A DNA stretch of 64,000 nt from an uncultured Acidimicrobiia bacterium (GCA_963770105.1 CAVYOL010000002.1:832646-896645); one strand, 5' to 3'; counted from the stretch's first letter, positions 9,487 through 21,452 are shown. Made by a program: numbers and translations. The notes: generated by a model from the letters alone, not told the origin.

Positions 9487-12315
9487 ATGAGAATTGGGCA
9501 GGATTTGAGAAAGTCTCGTTGGCGCGTCGCGCTCGGAGTGCTGGTCGTGGTCGTCCCACTGCTCGTCGCGGCCCTGCCCGCGGGCGCCGCACCTTCGGGC
9601 ACGGGTTCGATCTCGGGTCGTGTCGTCGATGCCGACGGCCAACCCGTCTCGGGCATCTGCGCGCAGGTCGAGAACGGTCCGCAGGTGCAGACCGACGCAC
9701 TCGGGACGTACACGATCCCCGATCTCGATGCCGGCTCGTACAAGGTCGGGTTCACCGACTGCAACGCGACGCCGAAGTACGTCGAGCAGTGGTACTCCGG
9801 CCACCCGGACGCGACCTCGGCCGACGCGGTGGTCGTGATGGACGGCATGGCCACTCCACTGGGCGACGTCACGCTCGCCGAGGGCGTCACGGTCACCGGC
9901 AACGTCACGGACACGAACGGTGCACCGCTCTCCGGCATCACGGTCAACCTCTCGCCCACGAACCCGGGTCCCACCAGGATCGGCGTCCAGACCGACGTCA
10001 ACGGCGACTACACGACCGCGCCGACGACGCCCGGCAACTACAAGGTGGCGTTCGTCGACCAGTCGCCGAACCCGGTGTGGGCGACGCAGTACTGGAAGCA
10101 GGCGCCGTCGTTCAACACCGCGGCCACGCTGACGCTGAGCACCGCCAACAGTCCGGTGCAGGGCGTGAACGCTCGCCTGACGGCCGGGGCGACGATCGAA
10201 GGGACCGTGCGCGGTCCCGGGGGCGCCGCGCTATCCGGGATCTGCGTCGACGCCGACACGCCGGCGAACAACGGGTCCGACTGGGTCGCCGGCACGATCA
10301 CGAACCCGGACGGCAGCTACACGATTGGGAACCTCCCCGCCACCGACATCCGGGTGCACTTCCGCGACTGCACGAGCGGGCCCTACCTCGACCAGTGGTA
10401 CTCGGGTTCCGACTACGACACTTCGACGCCGGTCGTGCTGGCCGCAGGGGACGACCGGACGGGCATCGACGCGCAGCTGGCGGAGGGCACGGTTGTCGCG
10501 GGGCTCGTGACGGATGCGCACGGGAACCCGATCGCCGGCATCTCCGTCAACGTGAACCCCACCGGGAACGGCGGGTCCGGATGGGCCCAGACCGATCCCA
10601 CCGGGCACTACCAGACGAGCGCGGTGGCACCCGGCAGCTACACGGTCCAGTTCCGTGACAACAACTCGCCGGTGATCTGGGCCGCGCAGTACTGGAACGA
10701 CGCCGCGACGCCGAGCACGGCAACCAACCTCGACGTGACCGGCACGGACGCGCAGATCGACAACATCGACGCGACGCTCGTACCGGGCGCGACGGTGACC
10801 GGTCGGGCCACCGTGGCCGGCGCACCCGCGGGCAACGTGTGCGTGAGTGCAGAAACGGACAACGGCAACGGCACGGACTACATCGACGGGGCGACGACCG
10901 CGCCCGACGGTACGTACACGATCGCGGGACTGCCGGCGACGCCCTTGTTGATCCACTTCCGCAACTGCGACGACGCGGGGAGCTACATCGAGCAGTGGTG
11001 GAACCACGCGTCGAGCAGCGGGAGTGCCACGGCGCTCACGCTGACGCCGGGGACCACCAGGTCGGGAATCGACGCGCAGCTGTCGTTCGCCGGGCAGATC
11101 AAGGGCACCGTGACCGACCGGGCCGGGAACCCGCTCGCGGGCATCTGCGCGCAGGCCACGACCAGCACCTTCGTCGGTGGACTGGCGCGCACGAACGATC
11201 ACGGCCAGTACACGATCGACGTCGACCGTGGCGGCAGCTACCGGGTGCAGTTCGTCGACTGCAGCGGGAGCCCGAAGTACGCCGGCCAGTGGTGGAAGGG
11301 CCAGGCCGATTCCGGCGCGGCGCAGACCGTGAACCTCGCCGCCGGCCACGTCGTCGGCCACATCGACGCGCAGCTGGCCCGCGGTGCCGTCGGCACGATC
11401 TCGGGCCAGGTCCTGAACCTCCACGGCACGGCGATGACGTCCGTCTGCGTCATCGCGTTCCTCCCGAACCAGTTCGCGCTCTTCGGGATGGTGCAGTCCG
11501 ACGGCACCTACACGATTCCGGACGTTCCCTCCGGGACGTACGCGCTCGCGTTCCTCGGCTGTGGTGCGGGTGGCGACCCCAGCCCCATCGTCCAGGATCC
11601 GCGGTCGTCGATCACGAGCTACCCCGCGGCCTGGTGGAACGGCCCGCTGGTCGACGTCGGCAAGCAGGGCGACGGTCCGGACCCGATCGCGCAGGGCGCG
11701 ACGCTCGTGGCGGTCAAGCCGGGTCACGATCTCACCGGGTACAACTGGTGCTTTGGGTGCACCGCGGTGACGATCACCTCGATCACGCCGGGCCCCGGCA
11801 CGCTGAAGGTCGCGTTCACGACGCCCGGACTCGTGCCGACCGTCGGGGCCAGCAGCGTGTCGGCGTCGTCGCGCACTTCGCGGAGCTACACCGTGACGTG
11901 CACGTCGAGCAACGGTGGAGTCACGGGCCACGCGACCGGGTCCGCCTCGCCGATCACCGTCACCGGGCTCACGCCCGGTGCTTCGTACTCGTGCCTCGTC
12001 ACGGCCGCCGACGGTTCGCAGTCGGTCGGATCTTCGGTCCGTTCCGTTTCGGTCACGGCGTCGGCCGGCGGCGAGGGACCGGTGGTCGTCCCGGTCGCGG
12101 ATCCATCGGCGACCCCGACGGCATCCGGTGCGACAGGCGCGACCGCAGGGACGGCACCGAGCTCGTTCCCCACGGCGGCGGGAACCGCAACGATGGCACG
12201 CACTGGCACGGACTCGGAGGATCAGGCGGGCGTCGGCGCAACGCTGCTCGCGCTGGGACTCGCGCTCGTGCTCATCGGCCGGACCCGGAAGGGACATCGG
12301 CCCACGCGCGCGTGA
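9487..12315 (+). CDS. secreted, probably wall-anchored repeat protein (carboxypeptidase-regulatory-like/Cna-B-type modules plus an FN3-like module)
   Basis: It has a signal peptide and about 7 tandem modules of 95-105 aa (G.V.D..G.P..GIC....DG.YTI..LP.G.Y.V.F.DC....Y..QWW). These are followed by an FN3-like module and a Pro/Ala/Thr linker. The C-terminus is MARTG (12193-12207), a hydrophobic segment and an RTRKGHRPTRA tail. Confidence 0.85.
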   Translation: MRIGQDLRKSRWRVALGVLVVVVPLLVAALPAGAAPSGTGSISGRVVDADGQPVSGICAQVENGPQVQTDALGTYTIPDLDAGSYKVGFTDCNATPKYVEQWYSGHPDATSADAVVVMDGMATPLGDVTLAEGVTVTGNVTDTNGAPLSGITVNLSPTNPGPTRIGVQTDVNGDYTTAPTTPGNYKVAFVDQSPNPVWATQYWKQAPSFNTAATLTLSTANSPVQGVNARLTAGATIEGTVRGPGGAALSGICVDADTPANNGSDWVAGTITNPDGSYTIGNLPATDIRVHFRDCTSGPYLDQWYSGSDYDTSTPVVLAAGDDRTGIDAQLAEGTVVAGLVTDAHGNPIAGISVNVNPTGNGGSGWAQTDPTGHYQTSAVAPGSYTVQFRDNNSPVIWAAQYWNDAATPSTATNLDVTGTDAQIDNIDATLVPGATVTGRATVAGAPAGNVCVSAETDNGNGTDYIDGATTAPDGTYTIAGLPATPLLIHFRNCDDAGSYIEQWWNHASSSGSATALTLTPGTTRSGIDAQLSFAGQIKGTVTDRAGNPLAGICAQATTSTFVGGLARTNDHGQYTIDVDRGGSYRVQFVDCSGSPKYAGQWWKGQADSGAAQTVNLAAGHVVGHIDAQLARGAVGTISGQVLNLHGTAMTSVCVIAFLPNQFALFGMVQSDGTYTIPDVPSGTYALAFLGCGAGGDPSPIVQDPRSSITSYPAAWWNGPLVDVGKQGDGPDPIAQGATLVAVKPGHDLTGYNWCFGCTAVTITSITPGPGTLKVAFTTPGLVPTVGASSVSASSRTSRSYTVTCTSSNGGVTGHATGSASPITVTGLTPGASYSCLVTAADGSQSVGSSVRSVSVTASAGGEGPVVVPVADPSATPTASGATGATAGTAPSSFPTAAGTATMARTGTDSEDQAGVGATLLALGLALVLIGRTRKGHRPTRA

Positions 12316-12321
12316 GCCTGG

Positions 12322-12903
12322 CTACGCGTCGGACTTGCTGCGCCCCTTGGCCTTCTGGGCCCGCTTCCATTCGCGGACGCGCGCGAAGGCCTCCGGCGAG
12401 TCGATGTCGGCGACGGAACGAGGCGACGCGTCGCCGAACGGCGTCGCGAGTCGCTCCCACCCCTCGGGCGCGAGGCCGAAGCGCTTGCCGAGGATCGCGA
12501 GGAAGATCTTCGCCTTCTCCTCGCCGTATCCGGGCAGCGCCTTGAGCCGGGCGAGCAGCACGTCGGGTTCGCGCACCCCGCTCCAGATCTGGCGCGGGTC
12601 GCCGTCATAGGTGTCGACGATGACCTGGCACAGCGCCTGGGTCCGCTTGGCCATCGACCCGGGGTAGCGGTGCAGTGCCGGCTTCTCGCGGAACACCTCG
12701 ACGAAGTCGTCGGGCGGCATCGCCGCGATCCGCGCGGCATCGAGTCCGCCGAGCCGTTTCGAGAGCGAGGCCGGACCGCGAAACGCCCACTCCATCGGGA
12801 CCTGCTGGTCGAGGAGCATGCCGATGAGGAGGGCGAGCGGGTCGTCGACGAGCAGCTGGTCGGCGGCCGCGTCGCCGGTGATGGGGAACGAGACTCGAGC
12901 CAT
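12322..12903 (-). CDS. HhH-GPD-type base-excision DNA repair protein
   Basis: The last 193 codons of the 560-aa track ORF are the real gene: MARVSFPITGDAAADQLLVDDPLALLIGMLLDQQVPMEWAF... The upstream part of that ORF is antisense to the methyltransferase gene. Confidence 0.75.
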   Translation of the reverse strand: MARVSFPITGDAAADQLLVDDPLALLIGMLLDQQVPMEWAFRGPASLSKRLGGLDAARIAAMPPDDFVEVFREKPALHRYPGSMAKRTQALCQVIVDTYDGDPRQIWSGVREPDVLLARLKALPGYGEEKAKIFLAILGKRFGLAPEGWERLATPFGDASPRSVADIDSPEAFARVREWKRAQKAKGRSKSDA

Positions 12904-13047
12904 GACCGCAGCGTATTGCGATCGGAGGCGCCGTCTCATGGTGACCCGGCGCGACGGGGCCGAGTTTCGGTGGGAAATGTTCGGGGTAGCCGGAAGCGAG
13001 GTGATTGACTTTCGGGCACAAGCGCCGGCGAGCATGCGGAGGCTGAG

Positions 13048-14327
13048 ATGGGTGTAGCCGAGTTCTTTGGCGACCTGGTGGGCGGGGATGCGCCGGTCGA
13101 GTTCCGGGCGTACGACGGCACCCGCGCCGGGCCCGAGGGCGCACCCGCGGTCGTGGTCATCCGTTCGCCGCGCGCGCTGCGCCGGCTGGTGACGGCACCG
13201 AACGAGCTCGGCCTGGGCCGCGCGTACGTCACCGGCGAGCTGGACCTCGACGGCGACATCTTCGCGGTGCTCTCGTTGCAGGACCGGTTGGACGGGCTCC
13301 GGGTCAGTCCCGCGCAGGTGCTGGAAGCACTGAAGATCCTGGGTGTGAAGTCGCTCAAGCCGTTGCCGCCACCGCCCGAGGAGGCGCGGTTGCGCGGCGT
13401 CCGGCACTCGAAGGAGCGCGACGCGGCCGCGATCGCGCACCACTACGACGTCTCGAACGACTTCTACCGGACCGTGCTGGGACCGTCGATGACCTACTCC
13501 TGCGCGGTGTGGACCGACCCGGGCCACACGCTCGAGGAGGCGCAGGCGAACAAGTACGAGCTGGTGTCGAACAAGCTCGGGCTCGAGCCCGGGATGCGCC
13601 TGCTCGACATCGGTTGTGGTTGGGGCGGGATGATCCTGCACGCGGCGCAGCACCACGGGGTCCACGCGGTCGGCGTGACGCTGTCGCGCCGGCAGGCCGA
13701 GCTGGCGGCCAAGCGGGTCGCCGACGCGGGGCTCACCGACCGGGTCGAGGTCCGCTGCCTCGACTACCGGGACATCGGCGACGGCCCGTACGACGCGATC
13801 AGCTCGATCGGCATGTTCGAGCACGTCGGCTGGACCCAGCTCGACGAGTACTTCAGCCGGTGCCGCGTCGTTGCTCGCTCCGGGCGGGCGGTTCCTGAAC
13901 CACGGGATCAGCGAGCCGCCGTACGTGTTCGCGAATCCGGTGGCCCGTGTGACCTCGGAGCTGCGGGCGCGGTTCGGGCGCGGCCTCGCCCACGACTTCT
14001 TCAACCGCTACGTCTTTCCCGACGGCGAGCTGCACGAGGTCGGTCTGGTCGTCTCGGCGATCCAGCGGGCCGGGCTCGAGGCCCGTCACGTCGAGAGCCT
14101 GCGCGAGCACTACGCGCTCACGCTGCGGCAGTGGTTGGCCAACCTCGAGGGCAACTGGGACCGACGCGGTGCGCGAGGCGGGCGAGGCCCGGGCCCGGGT
14201 GTGGCGGCTCTACATCGCGGCTTCGGCGGTCGGGTTCGAGGCGAACCAGATCCAGATCCACCAGGTGCTCGCGACGAAGTCGGACGACGGCAACAGCGGC
14301 ATGCCGCTGCGCCCGAGCTTCACCTGA
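13048..14327 (+). pseudogene. cyclopropane-fatty-acyl-phospholipid synthase family SAM methyltransferase, two frame breaks
   Basis: HYDVSNDFY, LLDIGCGWGG (SAM motif I) and ISSIGMFEHVG match the family. The frame changes at about 13862 (...YFSRC | ASLLAPGGRFLNHG) and about 14160 (...EGNWD | AVREAGEARARVWRLYIAASAVGFE). The stop is at 14325-14327. Confidence 0.85.
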
Positions 14328-14336
14328 GTTCCGGCG

Positions 14337-14828
14337 TCACTCGCTCTCGCGGGGGACGTAGGCGTCGAACGCGACGCGGATCGTCTCGTCGGCCGCGGCC
14401 CGGTCCTCCCAGTGGCCCGGCTCGGTGAGCTTGCCCGGCTCGAGCTGCTTGTAGACCTGGAAGAAGTGGAGGATCTCGTCGAGCAGGAAGCTCGCGATGT
14501 CCGTGATGTCGAGCAGGTGGGACCACCGTGGGTCCGTTGCCGGGACCGAGAGGATCTTGTCGTCGCCGCCGGCTTCGTCACGCATGCGCAGCACCGCGAC
14601 CGGTCGGGCGAGGATGTGGCAACCCGGGAACGTCGGTTCGTCGAGCAGCACCATGATGTCGAGCGGGTCGCCGTCGTCGGCGAGGGTCGACGGGATGAAG
14701 CCGTAGTCGGTCGGGTACTGGGTCGCCGTGAAGAGCATGCGGTCGAGCCAGATCAGACCGGTCTCGTGGTTGGCCTCGTACTTGTTGCGCGAGCCCCGCG
14801 GCACCTCGATGATCGCTTCGACTTCCAC
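14337..14828 (-). CDS. ppa: inorganic pyrophosphatase (family I)
   Basis: VEVEAIIEVPRGSRNKYE...LDRMLFT...YPTDYGFIP.TLADDGDPLDIMVL is the canonical soluble PPase signature. The GTG start is taken at 14828. Confidence 0.9.
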   Translation of the reverse strand: MEVEAIIEVPRGSRNKYEANHETGLIWLDRMLFTATQYPTDYGFIPSTLADDGDPLDIMVLLDEPTFPGCHILARPVAVLRMRDEAGGDDKILSVPATDPRWSHLLDITDIASFLLDEILHFFQVYKQLEPGKLTEPGHWEDRAAADETIRVAFDAYVPRESE

Positions 14829-14838
14829 GCGCTGCAGG

Positions 14839-17800
14839 TTACCGGCGCGGCACCGACCCGAGGCGGCTGCGGACATCGGCAACGAGTGCGCCGAGATCCG
14901 TGACCTCGCGCTCGACCGCCGGGCCCTTCGTGCGGGCGAAGACGAAGACGCATCGGGTCACCGGGCGTCCGAGCACGTGCTCGAGAGCCAACGCGTACGC
15001 CGCGCCCTGCGGGCGGTAGCGCGCGAGCGCGGCGTCGATCTCCGCGTCGCTGCGCGCGGCATCCGTCTTGTAGTCGACCACGATCAGGTCGTCACCGTCG
15101 GCGACGAGCAGGTCGATGAAGCCCTCGACCGTGGTGCCGTCGATCACCGCGGCCACCGGGACCTCCCGCCAGGACTGCCCGGCCGCGGCGGCGCGGATCG
15201 TCGGCGCGCCGAGCACGCTGCGGGCCAGCGCGGCGATGGTGGCTTCACGCTCGGGGATGCCCTCGGCGAGGGCCTGAGCGCGCGCCGCGCCGTCGATGCC
15301 CGCGCCGGTCGCGAGGTCCGCGGTCTGCAACACCGCGTGGACGGCGCGTCCGAGGGCCGTGGCCCCCCGACCCCGTCGCCACGCCGGGCGCTCGTCCTCG
15401 GGCTCGGCTTCGAGCTCGCCGGCGCGGGCCTCCTGCGCGTCATCCGGTTCGGGGCGCAGCGCCTGGGCGATGCCGGTCGCCGCGACGACGGGTTGGGCGT
15501 CGGTGCGCGCGATCGCGGCCCGCCGGTTGCTCCACCACGTGTCGCGCTCGAGCGCGCTCATCGGTGCGGGCGGGGCCTCCGCGTCCCAGCTGAGCTGGCG
15601 TGCGGTCGGTGCCGGAGGCGGGGGCGGTTCCGCGTCGGCGGCCTCGACCCGCCAGGGCAGCGGAGTCTCCGCATCGACCCGCTGGATCTCCGCCGCGTGG
15701 CTCCTGACGCCTTCGACGTGGTGCAGGCTCACCACGAGGTGGTCGCGGGCCCGGGTCGTCGCCACGTAGAGGAGGCGCATGCCCTCGGCCCGGTCGGCGA
15801 CGTCTTCGCGCTCGCAGCGGGTCCCGTACCCGGGCGTGGTCCAGCTCTCGCCGAACGTCGTGAGGCGCAGCTCGGGGTTGGGGTCGCCGTGGTACAGCGC
15901 GGCCGGGTTGGCGCGCAGGCCGACCCCGAGACCGGCGAGCAGCACGACCGGGAACTCGAGTCCCTTGCTGCCGTGCACGGTCAGCACCCGCACGGCGTCG
16001 TCGTCGGGCTCGGGCACGACCGACTCGTTGACCCGCGCGCCTTCCTCCCACTGCTCGTCGAGCCACTGGACGAAGCCCCGCAGGCTCGCCCCACCCGCGT
16101 CCGTGAACGCGTGCGCGGCATCCGTGAGGAAGCGCAGCCGGCGCCAGTGGTCCCGCGGCCGGCGGTTGGCCAGCGCGAGCGTGAACAGCCCGCGCTCGCG
16201 CATCACCCGTTCGACCGTGTCGGCCGGCGTCTCCCAGAGATGGACGTCGTGGAGCTCGCGCAGGTCGGCCAGCCCGACGACGACGGGGTGGTCCGGCTCG
16301 AGCCCCTCGGGCGCGGCCCGGTGGATCGACCAACGCCCGCCCGCGACCCGGAAGTCGAGCAGGTCCGCGTCGGAGCAGCCGAACGCCGGGGTGCGCAACG
16401 CCGCGACGATCCGGATCTCGTCGGCGGGATCGTCGATCGCGCCCAGGATCGACACGAGGTCGCGGCACTCGGTCGTCGCGAAGAGCAGCGACTGGCTTTC
16501 GATCCGCAGCGGGACGTCCGCGGCCGCGAAGGCCGCTTCGAGCTCGGGGAGCAGCGTCCGGGTCGGGACGAGCACCGCGACGTCGGCGAAGCGGGCGGGC
16601 CGCACCCACTCGTCACTCGTCGGCGCGAGCGGCTCGGCCCCGGCCTCCTCCGGCTCGGCGCGGACCCGCCAGCCCTCGGTCCGGATCCGCTGCGCGAGCG
16701 CGGCGAGCTCCGTCGCCTCCCGGACGCGGAGGTCGCCGAGTGAGATCGACTTCTTGGCCACCGGACCACCGAGCCGGCGCGACCGGGACGGGCACCTCCG
16801 GGTCGGCCGGGCGGAACGCGTGCAGCGGGGAGTACGCGACCTGGAGCCCGTCGGCGTCTTCCTGGATCAGCGCGCCCATCGCGGCGTTGACCCAGTCGAT
16901 GATCCCGGGGCGGGACCGGAAGCTCTCCGTGAGCTCGAGCACGGACTCGGTGAGGGTCTCCACGACCTGGCCGTACAGCTCGATGTCGGCCCGGCGGAAC
17001 CGGTAGATGGACTGCTTCGGGTCGCCGACCACGAACAGCGCGCCCGGCCGGGCCGAGATGTCGCTCCAGTCCACCGCGACGTCGGCCTCGGAGGCGATGC
17101 CGCCGATGCGCATCGCGAGGTCGATCTGGAGCGGGTCGGTGTCCTGGAACTCGTCGAGCAGGAGGACCTGGAAGCGGTCGGCGAGCGCGGCCCGGACCCG
17201 GCCGTCGTCGCGCAGCAGGTTGCGGGCGAGGACGAGGAGGTCGTGGAACGTGACCCGGCCTTCATGGGTCCGCCGCCGCGCCGCGCTCGCGACCTCGCGC
17301 ACGAGCGCCGCCAGCAGGTTCGAGATCGCGGGGTCGACGACCGCGGCGAGGGCGGCCAGGCGCGCGTCGTTCGCGACCGAGCACGCTTTGGCCGCGAGCT
17401 CCTTGCCGTCGTCGCGCCAGCTGCCCTGCTTGCCGTAGGTGCAGGTGAGCTTGGCGCGCTCGCCGAGCAGCGCGAGGGCCTCGAGCTCATCGTGTTGCAA
17501 CACCCGCAGCCGGTCACCGAGCTCCTGCAGCTCGTCGAGGTGGACGAGCAGCCGGTCCGAGGGGTCGGTGCACGAAGTGCGCAGCTCGGTCGCGGCGTCG
17601 ATCGCGTCCAGCAGCGGGACCAGGTTCAGCTGGGGGACCGGGGCCAGTGCGATGCCGTACGCCGCGGTGCGGTCGTGGTGCTCGGTGAGGATGCGGGCCA
17701 GCTGGCGGTACCGGCTCGGCTTCACGCCGAGCGCGCCGAGGACGAGGAGCGACGGGGCCAGCCCTTCGTCGGCGAAGAGCTGGTCGAGCGTGCGCTGCCA

Positions 17801-18235
17801 CCAGTCCTCGAACGCCACCGACTCCTGGATCGGGTCGAGCACCTCGAAGCCGGGGGGCAACGACGCTTCGAGCGGGTGCTCGGAGAGGATGCGCTGCGCG
17901 AACGCGTGGAGGGTCGAGATCGCGGCGTCGTCGAGCGCCTGCAGCGCACGGGAGTAGGGGCCGTCGCCGGCCTCTGCGAGCGCCCGCTCCTCGACCCGCT
18001 CGCGGATGCGCTCCTGGAGCTCGCTCGCCGCCGCGGTGGTGAAGGTGATGACCCCGATGTCGCTCATCGGCACGTCGCGCAGCAGCCCGACCACCCGTTC
18101 GACCAGCTCGTGGGTCTTCCCGGTTCCCGCGCCCGCAACCACGTTGAGCGTGTGGCCGAGGTCGCCGCGGATCTGCTCGCGCGCGGCCTGGTCCGACGGC
18201 AGCCGCACCTCGTCCATGACCGTCTCGGAGGTCAT
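14839..18235 (-). pseudogene. AddA/AdnB-like UvrD-family helicase with C-terminal RecB-type nuclease, one frame break
   Basis: It has a Walker A (AGAGTGKT), helicase motifs (TVHGSKGLEFPVV, VATTRARDHLVV) and a PD-(D/E)XK nuclease (GFIDLLV...VVDYKTD). The two track ORFs 16613-18235 and 14839-16761 are its halves, joined at about 16762-16775. Its start overlaps the upstream gene's stop (ATGA). Confidence 0.8.
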
Positions 18236-21200
18236 CCTTCGACCTCGAGGCCGCGGAGCTCCACGTACTCGGCGACCGCCGGGTCATGGCGCTTGGCGTC
18301 GAACGCGCGCTCCCGGTCGGGCGAGCAGAGGTGGTCGAAGTCGCAGAACCCGCATTCCTCGAAGGTGTTGAAGTACGGGTTCTCCTTGCCGGGGTGCGCC
18401 GGGAACGTGCCGGCCGCCACGCCACCGGCGACCGTGGTGAGCACGTCGAGGGCGCGCGGCCCGGCCGTCTCGATGTCGAACCCCTTCAGCTCCTTGCCCT
18501 CCGGCTGCGCGGTGTGCCAGTAGTCGGCGCGCACCGGACGCCCGGGGAAGGCCTGCTGCGCGGCCAGCGCGTAGATCGCGAGCTGGATCTTCGTGCCCTG
18601 GATCACGGGGTCGTCCTCGAGGCCGCCGAACCCCTTCGTGCTCCCCGTCTTGTAGTCGTAGACGACGACCGGCCCGTCCGGCTCCCGCGTGTCGATCCGG
18701 TCGATCGTGCCCCGGAAGTGCACCTCGGTGCCGTCGAGGTCGACGGTCAGCTCGGGGAGGGCGTCGTCGGGGCCGCGTCCGAAGTGGACCTCGGTCCAGA
18801 GGGTGGTCAGGCCGCTTTTGGCGCGGATCCGCTCGTCGGCGTCGAGGGTGCGCGAGACCTCGCGCACGATGCGCGCCCGTTCGAGCTGCCACAGCAGCCG
18901 GCGCCCGGTCACGCCGGCCGCGACGGCGCGGTCGCACTGCTCGAGCGTCATCTCGCGCGCCCGCGCGCGCTCGTCGGGTGACCAGGGCTGGTCGGGTGAC
19001 GTGCGCGCGGGCATCTCCTGCACGAAGTCCTCGAGGACCTTGTGCACGAGCGAGCCGCGCTCGCGCGGGTCGATCGTGTCGATCGCCTCCGGCGCGTCGC
19101 GCTCGCGCAGCCCGAGCAGGTTCGCCAGGAAGTAGCGGAACGGGCACTGGGCCCAGGCTTCGATGCGCGACGGTGACAGCGGCCGCTCCGGGTTCAACAG
19201 GCCGGGGCGGGGACCGACGACGCCGTCGAACTCGGTGAAGCGGGGCTCGGCGCGAGCCTGCAGGGTGTGGAAGCCACGCGCCAGCCGGGGGTTCGCCGCG
19301 GTGAGCGGGTGGTCCGCCGGGCCACTCGTGGACTCGGGCTCGATCTGGGACGCGTCGAGCGCCTTGAGCTCGAGCTCGCCCGACCGAGATCGCGGCGCCG
19401 GGCAGCCGCAGCGCGGCGGCGAACGACTCGAGGATGCGCACGTCGGGGAGCAGGCCGGGCCGGGCGTCTGCGAGCTGGCGGGCGTTGATCATCGTCCCGG
19501 AGAGCTCGCGCACGGTCTCGACGACCCACCGTGACGGGAGCATCGCACGCTGGCCGACGGGATCGGCGCGCGCCCAGCTGAGGACCACCTCGCCGCCCGC
19601 GCCACCGAGTGCCGCGAGGTACTCGGCGCGCTCGCGTGCCGCGGCGATGGATCGGGCGGGGACCTGCCCTCCGGTGACCGCTCGCTCGCGGTCGGGAAGC
19701 AGCGGGTCGTCCCGTGGTGGCGGCGGCAGCCGACCCTCCGCCGCGCCGACGACGAAGACGGTGTCGAAGTCCGTGCCCCGCAACGATCGGAGCGGGCACA
19801 GCAGCACGCCGACGCCGAACCGCCCGACGTGGTCCACGGACTGCTCGAGCTGCTCGGCCAGCGCGATGCGGAACGTCGCCGCGGTCGACCGGGAGGGTGC
19901 TCGGCAGCGCGCCGAGCGCGGCGAGCCGGTCCAGCAGCCGTTCGTGCGCCCGGATCTCCGCCTCGGGCCAGCTCGACGGCGGCACGCCGATGTACCGCTG
20001 CACGAGCTCGGTCGCCCAGGCGCACCATCCGGACCACGTGGTGAAGGTCTCGGTGGTGCGGGCCACGAGCTCCTCCACGAACCGCGCGAACCGGTCGATC
20101 TTCGCGAGCTCGTCGTCGAGCCACTCGGCATCGGGATCCCCGCGGTCGAGCGTCTCCGCCCGCCGGCGGGCGAGCCGGGCCTGCCACTGGTCGGCGCCCG
20201 AGACGATGCCCGCCCGGCGCGACAGCCGGTCCCAGCGGTCCACGGGCACGGTGGTTCCGCCCGCGGTCTCGCGGATCGGCGCGCCGGCCAGGAGGCCCAG
20301 CACGTCGTCGCGGCGGAAGTCGCGGTCATCGAGATCGACGAGCGCGACGAGCGCGCGCCCGGTGACGGTGTCCGAGAGCCGGCGCACCGACGGCCCGTAG
20401 ACCGGGATGCCGGCTTCGCCGAGCCGTTCGTGGAGCAGTCGCGCGTGCGGCTCCGGCGACGCGCCAGGCCACCGCGACGTCGTGGAGGGGGCGGCCGGCG
20501 TCCGCACGCTCGACCAGCGCGCGCACGACCTCCCGCACCTCGCTCTCCGGGTCCGGCGCGGAGATCACCCGATCGCCGGTGCGAACGGTGGTCGGGGCCG
20601 GGTTCGAGCGGGTCCCCGAGCGCGCCGGCGAGGGTCGCGGCCAGGGCGCGCGTCTCACCGTCGGCCTCGGGGTCACCGGTCAGCCCGAGCACCGCGGCGG
20701 TGAACGTCCGGGACGCGAACCCGGCGACGAGCGCGAGGCCGCCGGGGCTCAACCGGTCGGGGAGGAACAGCACCAGCGCACCGAGGTCCGCGGGCACACC
20801 CGCCTCGGCCACCAGCGCAGCCGCGACCTCGAGCTGGTCCTCGTCGTCGTAGGTGCCGGCGGTCAGGGCGCGGAAGCGGTGGTAGCAGCCGACGACCGAA
20901 GCGGCGCGCGGGCTGGTTGCGGCGAGCCGGGCGAGCGCGGCGGCGTCCGCCACGCGCAGGTCGTTGAACGCGCCGACGCAGCGCGCGCACCGTCGACGGA
21001 TGGCCCGCGACCGAGGCGAACACACCCGGCTCCTCGGCCAGCGCGACGCGCGCGGCCTCGAGCCGCGCTTCGGGGGTGAGCGGGACCCGATCGGGTTCGG
21101 CGAGGAACGGTGCCCCGAGCAGCTCGGCGACCCGGTTCAGCGCGAGGAACCGCACGTTGACGAGACCGGGGGAGTGGTCCGGGCCGAAGCGCGCGTCGTG

Positions 21201-21344
21201 GCGCCGCAACGAGAGACCCGCGTAGTTGGACGGCACGGCCACCGTGACGGGGGCCAGTGGATCCGCGCCCTTGGCCTCGGCGACGAGGCTTTCGAGTGCT
21301 GCGCGCGCCGGCTGACCGAACGAGGTGAGGACCAGGCGCTGCAT
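18232..21344 (-). pseudogene. AddB/AdnA-like helicase-nuclease subunit with Fe-S-type PD-(D/E)XK nuclease, about five frame breaks
   Basis: It starts MQRLVLTSFG (ATG 21344). The homologous sequence hops between all three frames at about 21000, 20590, 20465, 19885 and 19385. The C-terminal nuclease is bracketed by Cys...CxxCx5C (AQCPFRYF ... FEECGFCDFDHLC). There is no obvious N-terminal GxxGxGK[ST]. Confidence 0.75.
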
Positions 21345-21452
21345 GAAAGCCACACTAACGACGGGTTGGGACAGTGAAGCGGAGGTGGAGCGGGCACGAA
21401 GTGCGGACACCGCAGCGCCCCGGCCAGGCGGGCGGAGGACCGACGCGCCCAT

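Noticed and set aside
12322-14004. 560-aa minus-strand ORF
   Set aside because: Only the last 193 codons (from ATG 12903) look like a real protein, the HhH-GPD glycosylase. The remainder is antisense to the methyltransferase gene.
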